Assembly: GCF_025526975.1 (NCBI RefSeq)
Contig: NW_026515669.1
Span: 62,001-126,000 of the forward strand
DNA: 64,000 nt
Direction: 5' to 3'
Source: Fimicolochytrium jonesii
Lineage: Eukaryota
Shown: positions 1 to 12,878 of the stretch, in pieces
Position numbering within the stretch: position 1 is the first letter of the stretch
How the letters are laid out: every line of letters begins with the position of its first letter
Program-made: the position numbers and the translations under genes
Notes under the pieces: generated by a model
The model's database searches: none
Told to the model about the DNA's origin: nothing
What the model saw: the letters and a program-made list of their open reading frames with translations, nothing else

Positions 1-829
1 TTCCGATTTCGAGCTACACATTGTAAAAGGGGGCCACGAAGCCGTGCGCGTTTTCGTGCTCCATGAGTTGTCCAGGCACCTGTTCGTAGTAGTACGGCCA
101 CTCAGCCGGTCCGTTGATCTCGCGTCCTCCCCGCGGCTACTATATCTGCATAGATGATTAACTGAGAGTCTGAGACACAGTTCCTATAATCGAATTTTCT
201 CGATAGTTAGTACCGGCCAACACGATTGTGGTCAACCAAGCTGCGCAACCCAAAGATGTTGCACGGGGAGTATTGGTATACCTCCCAGTCGAGGGCGATC
301 CTCAGCTGCAATGCAAACTTGCTCTGGCTCTGGCAGAATTGACAGTACAAATCAGCTGTGGCCAACGGCCTAATTTGAGGACATACTGTAGGTGGCCAGA
401 TATCTGGGTACGACGGGTTCTGCGCCCTGTCTGTGGAACCCAAAAGTCAGCGACCAGCTGCCGTCAATTCCCGTACAGTACTTCTTCAGGTGTGCAGGCA
501 TCGGAATGATGTGTCTTTGGGGCGTCGTACCCAGATAGATATGTCGCCACCGACTGTAAAGCTGAATGTCGTGTAGCGGATACGCGACACGAATACGGAC
601 ATTCATTGCCATTCGCGCGGGGGTTGGTGGGCTTGATACTGGTTGCCCGGTGAACGATCTACGTTCTTTGCAACGGCCGGAGGTGACTGATGAAACCCGA
701 AGGTTGGCTCGTCGTCGAGTCGTCGAGCATAAAAAGGTTGCCTCGTCCAGAGCTCCCTCCATCCCTGAAACTCGAGTCCCGACGACTCGCCAGAGTTATA
801 TACCCGGGCTTACAGCCTCCTTCTCGCCT

Positions 830-2026
830 ATGCCAGGCACTCCTCATAAAGCATCGGCGATGGTGTCAAACGAACCCTCCTGTTGCGACCGGTAAATTAA
901 AGCCACAGCTTTGTGTTCATGATCGTAGGTGGGAAGGAGTGAGACTGACCTTTTCATCCGGCTATTCCAGGTGCAGAAAATCACATCGCGCGTGTGATCA
1001 GGGACGTCCCTGCGGACGGTGCGCCCTAAAAGGAAGCCAATGCATATATACAAAGCAGAGGTAAGCAATGAAGCGGCGGCGTACGATTTCATATGGGAAC
1101 TGAGATTAATTTCGGCCCTCAGTTTCAAAAGTAAGGCCTACAAAGCAAGTCGCACTGCCCGCAAGGAGGCTACCGTTGTGAACCACACCGCCTTTCACAG
1201 TGATCCTGCAGAACAGTGTGATAATGCACTTACCGGCCAGGAATCTCATCAAGCACCCATGATGGACGCATACATGCCAACATCAGACGAATTAGCAATA
1301 CTTTCTTCCCTCGATCAAATATGCACCGATGCGGAACTCGCAAGTTCCATGGGCTTCCCTTTTCAGACGTTCACGTTATCGCCATGCAGATATTCAGAGG
1401 GTCCACTGGATACTACCCCTTCCACGCACTCGATGGAAGCCCCTACATATGTCCCTTCCTCTTCCGACGATGCAAGCTGCAGTTCCCCATCCCGCACACT
1501 CTCCCCGGCATCCTCATCTGCGGAACACGAAAGCCCTCTGCCCACAAGACCCTCGCACAGCCGCGAGTGTGTTTGCGGCTCTCTGAGTGACACAGTGAAC
1601 AAGTTTCCTATACTTGATGCATCATGGCAACAGGACGCAAGGATATCAACAGCATCGCATCCCATGCAACGCACAGACGCAAGCAGGTCTTCCCTCGAGA
1701 GCGTCCTGGTTCGTGTGGCGTTTGTTGCCGACGAGTTGCAACAGCTTGGAGGATTGTTTGGCGCAGTGCGGAGCGTGCTGCCCATTATAAGTCAATCCGA
1801 TGCTCCGTCTCAGCAGCCGTCATCTGTCACACGATCATGGTTACAGATCTGCAGGCGCCCGGTTTATCGTCTCCGGCAGATGTTCTCAACATCGGCCTCG
1901 ATCAGAGCGGGCTCCTCATCGACGAGATGACATCGTTCGTCTCGGACTTTCAAGGGACAGAGCCTCCGACGACACCTCCGTTCCTAACATCATACGTCGC
2001 GGGTCCAGCCATGGCGCCAAATGGTC

Positions 2027-2057
<31 letters not shown>

Positions 2058-2139
2058 GACGCAGCAACCGCAACGGCATCGGCTAGTTCCGCAGCTAAGC
2101 ACTCAGGGCGCAGGCGCCTTCCACCTTCATCCGTATTGA
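830..2139 (+). CDS. Zn(II)2Cys6 (GAL4-type) transcription factor, spliced; probable cluster regulator
   Basis: Removing GT-AG introns 892-970 and 1061-1122 gives CDRCRKSHRACDQGRPCGRCALKGSQC (six-Cys binuclear cluster), followed by a Ser/Pro-rich region. The polyQ-containing 3' part (frame 1624-2139) needs a further intron that I could not place. The start ATG (830 or 860) is uncertain. Confidence 0.85.
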
Positions 2140-2440
2140 TACCCCTATATCCCCTACTGCTCTACGTCTATGTAGTATGTCGGACAAGCGAAATGATGCA
2201 CTTAGAAACTTCGTATTGAGTTTATATATCTGCACGTAAAATCTATCCATTGATAAGTATCGCTAGAGTCTATCCATTTATGAAGTATTGATACCCATAT
2301 ATTCCCTTACTGCTCTACGCCCATCTTATGTCGGACAAGCGAAATGACACACTTAGAAACTTTGTTTTGGAAATTCTATATCTGCACGTTTAAATCTATC
2401 CATTGATAAGTATCGCTAGGAATCTATCCATATATGAAGT
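2133..2440. repeat. Imperfect ~152-bp tandem duplication between two convergent gene ends
   Basis: gtattgataccc...tgtcggacaagcgaaatga..cacttagaaact...atctatccattgataagtatcgctag occurs at ~2133-2284 and again at ~2285-2440. Confidence 0.9.
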
Positions 2441-2442
2441 GT

Positions 2443-5400
2443 CTAGAAAACAAGCTCAACGCGTCCATCCCTGGTGAACCTTCCTTTATACGCCGTCTTG
2501 AACGCCCATCTGCCTTTCCCCTCACCATCCCTCTCATCTCGTAAACTCACAAACGTTTCCTTCGTCGAACTCTGGTGCCCCAGATACCCATTGGCGCTCA
2601 CTCCCACTCCATGCACATAGATGGTACCCGTTCGCCCGACGGGAACGCGTCGCATGTCAGGGTCCAGGATTTGGAACGCCATGTTGGGGATCGCGCGCCC
2701 GATGAGGCGGTAGGGTTTTGTTGCAGCCGCCGGATCCGTGGTGGGGTCTGTCGTCGGTATGGGAGTGGGGATGGCGGATGCCATGGCTAACCCGTATTCG
2801 GCGGATGCAAACGCGAATCGCATGGTACCGACGATGGGTTGGAGCTTGAGATTGGTTTCGGGTTTCATGGGATCTTCTACGTTGATGAGGAGTTTGATGT
2901 TGCCGCGATGGCGTGTTTCGGGGTGCCAGCAATCTAGCGTCGAGCCGGTGGCCCATAGGACATCGACTGCTTCCCCGACAGAGCTTGTGGGCTGTTGTTC
3001 CTTGCTTAGTATGCTCGAGGCACCTGCGATCAAAGAGGTCCAGAGTTCCCTAAGAACAAGACAAAACGATGAGTATCGACGATACTAGCGGACACAAGGA
3101 ATATTTCGTTCCGATAAACATACCACTCAGCCATCCGTGTGCCTGTCTTCAGATTCGCGCTGACACGCATTCCAGGTTCGATGGGCACGCCCCAGATGTT
3201 CCTTTGCAGAACATTCATCGCCGCCTGATGCGTGACCTCCACGACCTTGGGCTTGCCATTGGTCGCCGTTCCATCAGCTAACAGCAAGAACGCCGCGGCT
3301 TCCGAGGATGACCGCGCAGGTGACATGGGTATCGGTTCTGTGTTCTCGAAGGAAGTCTGTGGTGATGAAATGCAGAGGACTTTCCTCCTCCGAATGCCCT
3401 GTGCCTTCTGTCGGAATTGCTCCATGTAAAGAACGATAGGAGCCTTGATGGTGTCGAGGAGGGTGTTGAGGCGAACAAGTGGTAAATGACCGTCGAGGAC
3501 GATGTAGGCGGCCCCGGCTTTCAAGACAGCCAGCCTGGCTAGGATCGCTTCGGTTGATGAGGCGACAAGGAGGGCGATGCGATCCCCGGAAAGAGTGCCT
3601 TCTTGTTTCAGTGTCGCGGCCAGTGCGTCGGCCTGCTGGTCCAGCTCTTTATACGTCACGGAAGGGCCATCTTGTGCGGGTTTTACGGAGATTCTGGTGG
3701 GATGAGCCGCCGCGACCTTCTCAAAATTTCGTTCAGGAGCGAAGGAGGGAGGGCCACTTTGCGAGCTGTCGAGAACAGATCCAATGATCCCTTTTCGGAG
3801 GGCGTCCAGCCGTCTAACTCACGTAGCAGCACGGTCGGGGCAGACGAAATCATGGCGACCAGAAACTGTTCGAAGGTTTCGAGAATCGCAGAAGCGTCAG
3901 CTTCGTTGTACAGCCGGCCATCGTAGGAGGTCTCGATGTTGACGGTCGTGTGGAGTTGGATGGCCATGGACATGGCGAACTCATTGAATGTGCCGCCGGA
4001 CTTTTCGTTGGTTAAGCGAATGGCACGTTCCTTCTCGGGGGTCACCCCTGAGAAATTTTGTACGATGAGCAAAGTGTGAAAGAGCGCTTGTTTGGCGGAC
4101 AGGCCAGCAGCTTGCTTGATCTCAATCATTCCCAAGTGACCGAATTCCGAAAAGGCGGAGCGGGAGTTGTGAAGTCGATACAGGATGTCGCTGACGGACA
4201 TATCGTCGTGCAGAGTGACTCTCTGAGGCACAGTGTTGAGGAGTGGACCCACCATCCTGAAAAGGAACGTCAAAGTAAGTGACCCGTTCCAAACACAGGT
4301 AAGGACGAAATGATAGTCTAACTGCACACCTTCCTGTATCAACAGAAGACATGTCACGACCGGAATGCGTGACACCAAATACAACGTCGTCAGTTCGCAA
4401 GTAGTGCCGCAAGACCAACGCCCAAGCCGCTTTGAAAAGACTCGAAATCGTGACTTCCATATCACAGCAGAACCGACTCAAGGACTGGGGCGACACGGCG
4501 GCGAGCGCAGTTTGGAACACCGGGAACCCAGCTTCTGGGGACGAAGGGCTCGAAACCTCGAACGGTTCACTCGGGTGCATTCCGGAGAGCTCTTCCTTCC
4601 AAAACGAGACGGTTCGGTCTTGATCCAGAGTGGAGGTGGCCATCAGGAAGTCCTGGAAGGTGTTGGACGGAGGCAGCGTCCCGTTGTTCACGGCCGTAGC
4701 GAAATCGTCCTCCAGAATCTGCATAGACCATCCGTCGTAAAGGGCGTGATGTATGACCTTGACGATTCGCTCTACGTTGCCGCCTTCTCCAACGCATGCT
4801 GCTAAGGCATACATCTTTCCTGATTCGATGCTGCAGTTACTGATCAGGCGATTGAGGATCTCTTCGTCAGAGATTTCGACGTTGAAGAAGGTGACATCGG
4901 ATGATGTGGCATCCCTCAGCTCAACCTGTTGAGATAACAAGCAACGCAATCAGTGAAACTGTAAAACTTACTCATGGATTACATAGGATAAGACACCTAT
5001 CGCGGTAGGCAGAACTTACGTGATAGACTTTCCTCGCAGTAGCAGCAAAGCGAGTCCGAAGGATCGCATGGTGGTTGCAAAGTGTCTTCCAAGCATAACT
5101 CACGTGCGCCGGTGTTAGGTGGCCACCGTCAACCGACCATGTGGAAAAGCCGTAGAAAGCCCGAGGATCTTGGATGGTCTTCATCAGCATACCCTCCTGG
5201 ATAGATGTGGTTGGGTAGATGTCGAGGACATCCGACATTTCGACTCCCCAAGGCTGGGCGAATTGTGTGAAGATGGTTTGTCGCTCCTCCTCCGATAAAA
5301 GCGAACGTTTGGTTGAAGTAGCTTGTGCCACTTCATTGCCAATGTCTCGTTGAGAACGTGCCATGCATGCCGCAACTAACCTCCTGAGGGTCGGACTGAC

Positions 5401-8400
5401 AAAGAAGTCGTTGGTCTCCACCATGAAACCCGCTTGCCGGGCTGCGATAGATGCTCGCACGGCGCTGATCGAATCTCCGCCCAACTGGAACCAACTGGTA
5501 TTCTTGGTGATCGTGGCAATATCGACGCCGAGGAGGTGTGCCCAAAGTTCCCTCATTCTCTGCTCTTCTTGCAGATAGGTCTCCACCGCGGCAGGAGCGG
5601 ACTGAACTAGCTCAATCAATTGCTTGACGTCGGCTTTCTTATTAGAGCTGAGGGGGAAAGCGTCGAAGGCATAGATGACGGTTGGGACGGCGTAGTATGG
5701 TAGAACCTTGGAAACTTCCTCGCGCACAGCCTCGACATCCACAGTGCTGGGAGTCACAAAGCCAACAATCGTCTTATCGTATACAGCGACCGTAGCGTCA
5801 CTGACCCCGGATGTGTGCTGCAGTACGTGGGCAACCTCGTCGAGCTCGATGCGGTACCCCCCGAGCTTCACACGCCGGTCCGCGCGACCAATAATGTGGA
5901 GCGTTCCGTCGTCATTCCAACGGCCGAGATCGCCGGTTTTGTGCATAGGGATTCCATTCAACTCAATGAATGCCTCCTTGGTCTTCTCGGGATTGCCATA
6001 GTAGCCATCAGACAACCCGACTCCGGCGAGATAGATTTCCCCGCTGACGCCGATAGGCACAGGGCGTAGCTTGGAGTCCAATAAAAACACCTCCGTGTTG
6101 ACGATGGGGATCCCAAGGGAGACTGGCAAGTCGCTCTTCATTATCGCAGCGTGCGTAAAGATCGTATGTTCAGCTGAAACAAATTCTTCAGCGAAGAAGT
6201 TCAGCGCATACAATGTAAATTTCTTTTACTTACTGGGACCATAAATATTGACCAACTGGACCTTGTCAGCCCACTCTTGCACAATCGCCGCCTTCATCGT
6301 CTCTCCCCCGGTTATGACCATTTTCAAATTGGTATAATCCTTCTGCCTCATTCCGCTCAGGACCGTCGGGGTGATGACAAGTACGTCTACTTTGCGTATG
6401 ACCGATCGGATATCCCTTCCACGGATGATGAGCGTAGCGCCGTATGATAAGGCAGGCCAAATTTCACTACAAGGACAATTGTGCTCAGCAAGTCAAAAGG
6501 GGTCATTGGACATGTCCGTGACTACATACCCAGCACAGGCGTCAAATGTCACTGACATGACCTGACCAACTTTCGCCCCCCTTTTTATTCCGGTCGCGAA
6601 GATTGTACAGCCCACAATGTTCTGCAAACCTCGATGCTTCAGGAATACACATTTCGGAATGCCCGTGGTGCCTAGATGAAGAAACGATGCTCAGTATGCG
6701 GAAACGAGAGTGCATTATAGTGAGGACGGTCCTTCCTACCAGACGTAAACAGTGCACATGCGTTATCACTTGATGTGATGCCATCGATCCGCAAACGAGA
6801 AACATCGCCTGGCATCGAGAGCTCCTCGCTGATCAAAATGACCGGGCACTCGAGGCCAGGAACGACGGCCGAATGATATTCCTCGGTAAGAATCGCCGCA
6901 ATCGCGACTCTCTCCAACTGAGCCGCGATCCTCTGCAAAGGATGATTGGCATCGGCAGGCACATATGCGCAACCAGCTTTTAGAACAGCCAGGCACGCAA
7001 CCACGTTGTTAATGCTGTGTTTCGTGATGATCGCGACGTTGCTCCCGGGGCCTACACCGAGCCGATGGAGTTTGTTCGCGAGCTGGTTAGCTCGTTGTTC
7101 CATCTCACCGTACGTGAGACTATCATGATCGCACTCCGCGGCAATATCGTCCGGGTGAGCCTCCGCATGACGCTCAAAGGCATTGTGCAGCAATTCCTCA
7201 GGTAGAGCGCGCTGAGTGCCTCTCGAGAAGCGAAGAATACGCTGTTCCTCTTCTTTCTGCCAAGCATCAATAGATGAGATGCAGAGGTCCTGCCCGCTGG
7301 CGATGCATCCCACGACCTCCCTCAGGACGGATTCCCAAGCGGATGCTATGTGCTTCACATGCGCCACATCCATGACGCCTGAATCGTGTGCAAATTCGCA
7401 GGCGATAGTTGTTCCCAATCGCAGGGTGAGAGTCAATTCGTACTCGCATTCATCGCCGTGGAGACTCCTCAGCCAGATTTTGTCTCCGGGTTCGCTGGGT
7501 TGAAGCTGATTATGTTCATCAGGGAGTGGTACATCCTCTCGCGTAGAGGAATAGCGGTTGCTTCCTGTACAGACTTGAAATTAGGTAAGAAGTGCTCGAG
7601 CTCCTCTGAGGCCTCGTCGTGCACCTTCCGACAGAGGCCGAAGAGGGTAGGGTCGTCCAAAAGCTGAATCCGCTTTGGCGATGTCGTCAATAATATTCCG
7701 CAAATCCTGAAGAGAAAAAATGGAATCGACACGATTAATGATACCCATAAGGGAGTGAGGGTGGAAGGAAGGCACAAATCTGGCAATTCCTACTTGTCGA
7801 CGTCAGCAATCGGAAGGTGTCGATTAGAGTTTACATTCCCAAAAATCACGTCGTCCACACGTTGGGACTGTCGCAAAACGAGAGCCCAGGCGACCTGCAA
7901 AATGGCGGAAGGTGCGACTTGCAAGGTTTTGGCGGCATAATGCAATCGTTCCACTTGTTCTGACGAGATGGTTGTGAATTGAGTCAGGGGCTCACCATGC
8001 GCACCGACTGAGGCTCGAGAGAGCGATGGTCCGGTACTAGCGTTTTCAAGCTTCGCACGCCAATATTGCTCGGCAGGCTCCTTGGGCAATTGCGCTGTGT
8101 AATCGACAAACTTGCGGAAAGACGGTCTTTCGCAAAGGGCCTCGCCTCGCAATGCAGAGAAGAGTTCCGTGAAAAGAATCTCGAGCGTCCAGCCATCGTA
8201 AAGCGCATGGTGCATTGTGATGACCACGGACAGACCATCGCCTGGATGTCGAATGATGGCAAGGCGATGCAAGTAAAGTTCATCCGCATCGAAGCCCGCA
8301 CGGCAGTCCTCTTCAAGGAACCGGTCTAGTTCAGCGCCGACGGAAAGGCTATGCTCGTGGATATTGGGTTGGGCAGCAGGAGATACGACCTTTGCGATTA

Positions 8401-10646
8401 AAAGAGAAAAGATCAGCCGTTATCCCAGATGTACACATGTGCCAAATACTTCTCACCTGGAAGATTCCCTGCGTTGTTTTGCAAAACGTTGTCCGCAGGA
8501 TGTCTCTCGCTGCAACCAGTCGCTCCCAGGCAGCCCGGATACTCGCAGGGGAGATCTCTAGCGTCGGATCCAAGCCGAAACAAGTATTCGATACATACTT
8601 GGAGCTCCGTCGCTCATGTAGCATGTAGAGTGCCGCTTGCAGATTGGTTGTTGGGAAGATATCCTGGATATCCACGCCGGTCAAGGTGTTGTGCACCAAA
8701 GCCTTGATTTCAACACTTTCCGTGCACGGCGCCTTGGGCTCCTCCATCCCGGCTGCCAATGTTTTGCTGGAGGCGAGGAGAGCCAAATCCTTCAAGATCG
8801 GAACCTTGTACACATCCGTGACGGCGACAGGCATGCCATATTTCCCAGAAACGATCGAAAGCTTGATAGCGCTCAAGGAATCGCCTCCCAGCTCAAAGAA
8901 GCTCTGGGCTTTCCCTATGGCCCTGGCACTGATATTGAGAGTCTCGCTCCAAATCGTCGCCATCAACTGTTCGTCGTCCGAAAATATCTCGTGTCGCGCT
9001 GCCTGCGGGATGTCCATGTCGGTTAAGGCCTTGAAATCAATTTTGCCGTTGCTATTCGCGGTTATGTTATCGAGACGAATCAGCAATGCAGGAATCATGT
9101 ATTCCGCGAGAAGGTTTCGTAACGCCTCTCGAAGTGGTAAAGCTTCTCCGGAGAAACTCGAGTAAAAGCCGGTCAATAGGCCATCTTTGATAATGACTGC
9201 GGCGTTCGACACCCCTTCGACGGAGCATATGGCAAGAGCGACTTCTTCGAGCTCTAAATACCGAGCAATAAACATCGTAATGTATAAATACAGATGTTGA
9301 GCAACTAAGATACGAAGACAGACGGTCTTACCAACCCGGTATCCCTTGTACTTCACTTGATTATCCTGGCGTCCCAGAATCTGCAAGGTACCGTTTTCTG
9401 TCCATCGGGCCAGATCCCCTGTGGCGTACATAATCCCCTGCCCAGGAAGGACTTCACGGAATTTCCTGGCCGTCTCTTCCGGCGCTTTCCAGTACCCAGG
9501 AGTGACTGCCAAGCCACCAACGTACAACAATCCCACTTCTCCCAATGGACTCAATCTCATGTCTTCATCGAGGATCACGAGCTGACTTTCGGTAAGAGGG
9601 TATCCGACGGTGATCGTTCCAGTGGTACTGACTTGTCCTCCACAGACAACGAAACTTGTCTCAGAGGGACCGTATAATTCAATGACACGCCTTGAGCTCC
9701 ACATCTTCAGGGTGGAAGGAGGGAGCGGCTCCGACCCAACATACACTGTATGAATCTGCGGGTACTCCTCTGGCCTAATCTGCGACAATCCGGTGGGAGT
9801 CGTATGAAGAACATCGATGGTGGCAAACACTTCGTATGTATTGGCGCGCATCACCATGGTAGCGCCTCGTGCGAGACCGATCAATATTTCAGATTGACCT
9901 CCATCGAACGAGATGGCGACGACGTTGGATAGACGAACGCCTCGCTTAATGTGTTCAAATACGCTATCGTCGAAGAGACGCGCGATGCCGCTGTGTCGAA
10001 CAACGATACCCTTTGGCTTGCCAGTGCTCCCCGACGTGAAGACGAGCATGAGAGAGGCAGAGGAATCGGTGATGGCATCAAATGGGGCCGCGTTCTTGCC
10101 GTCGCGCTGAAGATCCTCGATGATGAGGACTGTTCCCTGATAACTCGTCGGTACGGAATCTTTCGCTGCTCGCGTAGTCAAGACGAACTTCGATTCGGCG
10201 ATGTCGATCGCATCTTCGAGCATTTTGGTCGGGAATGTGTTGGATAGCGGGACATATGTCGCGCCTGCTTTTGCAAGCGCAAGCATGCCTACCACCATCT
10301 CGGCTGATCGGTTGACAATCAAAGCGACCGGCGCTTTAGAGACAGCCTCCCAATGACGGAACTTCAATGCAGAAGCTACGCTATCACTGCGAGCATCAAG
10401 CTCCTGGTAGGTCACGCGCTCGACGTCCGAGTCGATGGCTATGTCGGCAGGGAATTGACGGGCACGGTTCTGAAACGCGCCATGAATGGTTGGCGTGCGG
10501 AGAGCAGGTCCCCGGCCAATCTCGACGAGGCGCTCCTGTTCTTGAGAGTAGGTCCCGTCGGAAGACGACTTCGCTAGCATGCTTCCAGAGTGCATGGCTG
10601 CTTCGGTATTGTTCTCGTCTAGGATCCCAGTATTGCTCAACAACAC
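2443..10646 (-). CDS. Nonribosomal peptide synthetase, A-T-C-A-T-C-A(degenerate), multi-exon
   Basis: A1 motifs FTSGSTGKPKG, YGPSE, YATGD, NGKID. T1 FFELGGDSL. C1 HHALYDGW. A2 motifs FTSG/TTGIPK, YGPTE, KTGD, SNKKAD. T2 WFQLGGDSI. C2 HHALYDGW. A final A-like segment (~3700-2443) lacks canonical motifs. The true start may lie in small upstream exons near 10770 or at the internal Met near 10595. Confidence 0.95.
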
Positions 10647-11371
10647 TGAGTATGTATGGTCGATTATGCGAGGATAAAGGAATGCCGCCGTCTAAAGTTG
10701 TAGGGACGTGAGAGCATTGGCTGCTCAATATACTTCGGCTGGTTGGTCAAGGAAGGGTTAGGTTCCATGTTGGCGGTCCGCTCCGTGCCCACTACTCCTC
10801 CTCCGTCGTACTTCCACATGCAGTGCGGCGGGGACCTGTCGGCACGGCCAAGCGGAGCAAGGTTGTACTGTACACACATGTCCAAAGACTAAAGAATGCT
10901 GTATAGTCCTGGGACCAGCTGGTGGAGGTTGTTGTAAATACGTAGTAGTAGTATGTGCTCGGTGCGGACGTGGGATATCGGAAGTGACTTCTAATAGAGA
11001 GGTGCGGACGCGGAACGGACCCACGGAGACAGCAGGTCCTTCTGTCCGCGTGCGGTCGGACAATCCCCCACCTATACAGAACTTGCGCAGTCGGCCTGCT
11101 CTCCAGATGCTGACCTCAACATAAGGCATACGAGCAAGGGCATGGACAGTACATACATACAGTACATTTCAAAGACGAAAATGGTCAGTGCTTTCACTCC
11201 ACAGAAGAGGGCAACCATTGTGGCCTTGCATAAGTCTGGAGACCTAGAATAACGTAGCGCAAAACCTGTCCAGAGGACCGACCATACCCGGTTACGACGG
11301 GCGCGTCGAAATCGAGGGTATTTGGGCTAACTAGTCGCGGCTGGCCGGCCCCCTGTCAACCACGGCGAGGG

Positions 11372-11410
11372 CTAGGCAGACATCACTCGTTCTAGGCAGA
11401 CATCACTGTA
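11372..11410. repeat. 16-bp direct repeat (ctaggcagacatcact x2) ending in CACTG-TA
   Basis: Copies at 11372-11387 and 11392-11407. The end resembles a Tc1-like TIR terminus, but no partner was found. Confidence 0.6.
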
Positions 11411-12145
11411 GAAGCCTCAGTAGGCTGTGAGTGCGATCTCTGGACTACCTGGCAGGTGTCCTGAGCGTTGTGAGGTATGTCAGAAGTTTTGGCGTTGCAG
11501 TTGATGTGCTCGCAATTTCAAGGATGTTGGTCAAGATGTCGCCGACGACGGCGGCCGGTGACTTCTGCTGGCCACAAAGATTATGCTCTGGACGAGGAAC
11601 GTAGTTCATGAGTTCAAAGGATGAGAGAAGGGAGGATACCTCTCGCATGCGTGGCATGGCACATTTCAGTATGACACTGAACAATTTCTCCAGCCTCAAA
11701 ACGCATTTGCTGAGGAACCCTTCGCCAGCTTCGTCCGAGCCGTTGAAAAATATGGAAATCAGATCCCGAAAGATTTAAACTCTCTCCAAGTTCTCATGGA
11801 AAGAACGCAAGGTGGGGGAATCCACAGTTCTCGCAACGATTGGACAAGTTTATCACGTCTAATGCGGAATAAGATGGAACTATTCGCGGCGGGCGGGCGG
11901 AGGAGACGGTCGGTTGGAGTCGACGGGGGCCCCGGCCAAGAGTGCATGTATCCTATAACCAGAACTGAAGCAGGATGAAGGACGTCAACAGTCCCTTCTC
12001 GACAAGAGGACGTTAAGGTGAAAGGTGAGATGGAAAGAATCTTTTATAACCCCAAGTAACTCTATGCCCTGACCCTCGTTGTAAATCATAACTGAAAGCA
12101 CGACGGAAAAGCGTCTACGAAGTGCTTCATATTCTGTGTATAATA

Positions 12146-12878
12146 CAGTACATCACGCCGTGCAGCACAAGGACAGCCAAGACGCGTCCAGAGTGGGGGA
12201 AGGACAATTAAAGTGTCCAGAGTGGGGTAATCAACGCGATGGGGTCGCGCCTGGCCGTGCGCAGTCGGCCCCTAGCCGGGTGCTTCGGACACACTGGACA
12301 GCCCTTCACAGTGCCGCAATTGCGAGATCATCTTCCCCATTCCCACACCGACAATGCCGAAACCCCTCACCCCCCAAAAGAGGGCAGCCATTGTTGCGTT
12401 GAGCAACACTGGCAAGACACCCAGAGAGATTGCAGAGCAAGAGTCCGTGCCTGCAGAACCGTTCACAGAACCCTGAGGAGGTTCCAGAATGCAAATTGCG
12501 ACGACCCCAACGCATTCAAGTCAACAAAACCCAGGAGCAGACCAGTTAAGTATCAACCCTCAGCAGACAAGCTTGCTGAACTTTGCAACGCTGAACGGGA
12601 TTGTGCAGAATGTCTGGCAGACAATGGATGTTCATTTAGAGAGACTTATTGGTTCAATGCCTGGACGCATGGCCGCTGTCATTGCCGCAAACGGGGGACT
12701 TACAAAATATTAGGAACCCAGATCTAGTTTAGATTAGAGGTCCCAATACCGTGATTAGGAACCCAGATCGAGTTTTAGATTAGGGGTCCTAATACCGTGA
12801 TTAGGGAGTCGGGACCATGATCAGCCGCGAGGACAGTGACTTAATTTCAGGCGCGACCTGCTTTATGGCAACAGACTG
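12146..12878 (+). mobile_element. Internally deleted Tc1/IS630-like DNA transposon relic
   Basis: 12354-12713 encodes a frameshifted N-terminal HTH (MPKPLTPQKRAAIVALSNTGKTPREIAEQESV.CRTVHRTLRRF) joined to the typical Tc1 C-terminus (VWQTMDVHLERLIGSMPGRMAAVIAANGGLTKY*), with no DDE core. Tentative ends are TA-CAGT (12144) and ACTG-TA (12875-12880). There is an 11-bp inverted match ggtcgcgcctg at 12243 / caggcgcgacc at 12848. Boundaries are tentative. Confidence 0.8.
12709..12806. repeat. ~45-bp tandem repeat x2 in the 3' part of the Tc1 relic
   Basis: attaggaacccagatc.agttt(t)agattag.ggtcc.aataccgtg occurs twice, followed by a partial attaggg. Confidence 0.85.

Noticed and set aside
10..560. 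Possible minus-strand gene fragment with an HENAH (HExxH-like) motif
   Set aside because: I could not assemble a consistent spliced ORF; a stop follows the motif closely.
687..712. CTGATGA followed by an aacc-cgaa-ggtt hairpin, resembling a hammerhead ribozyme core
   Set aside because: The required GAAA after stem II is absent (GGCT instead), and stems I/III are not evident.
2026..2056. (CAA)n microsatellite, with similar runs at ~25000, ~40590 and ~63270
   Set aside because: Ordinary coding polyQ/polyT tracts.
11445..11947. Short minus-strand ORFs between the NRPS and the Tc1 relic
   Set aside because: No recognisable domain; probably decayed sequence.
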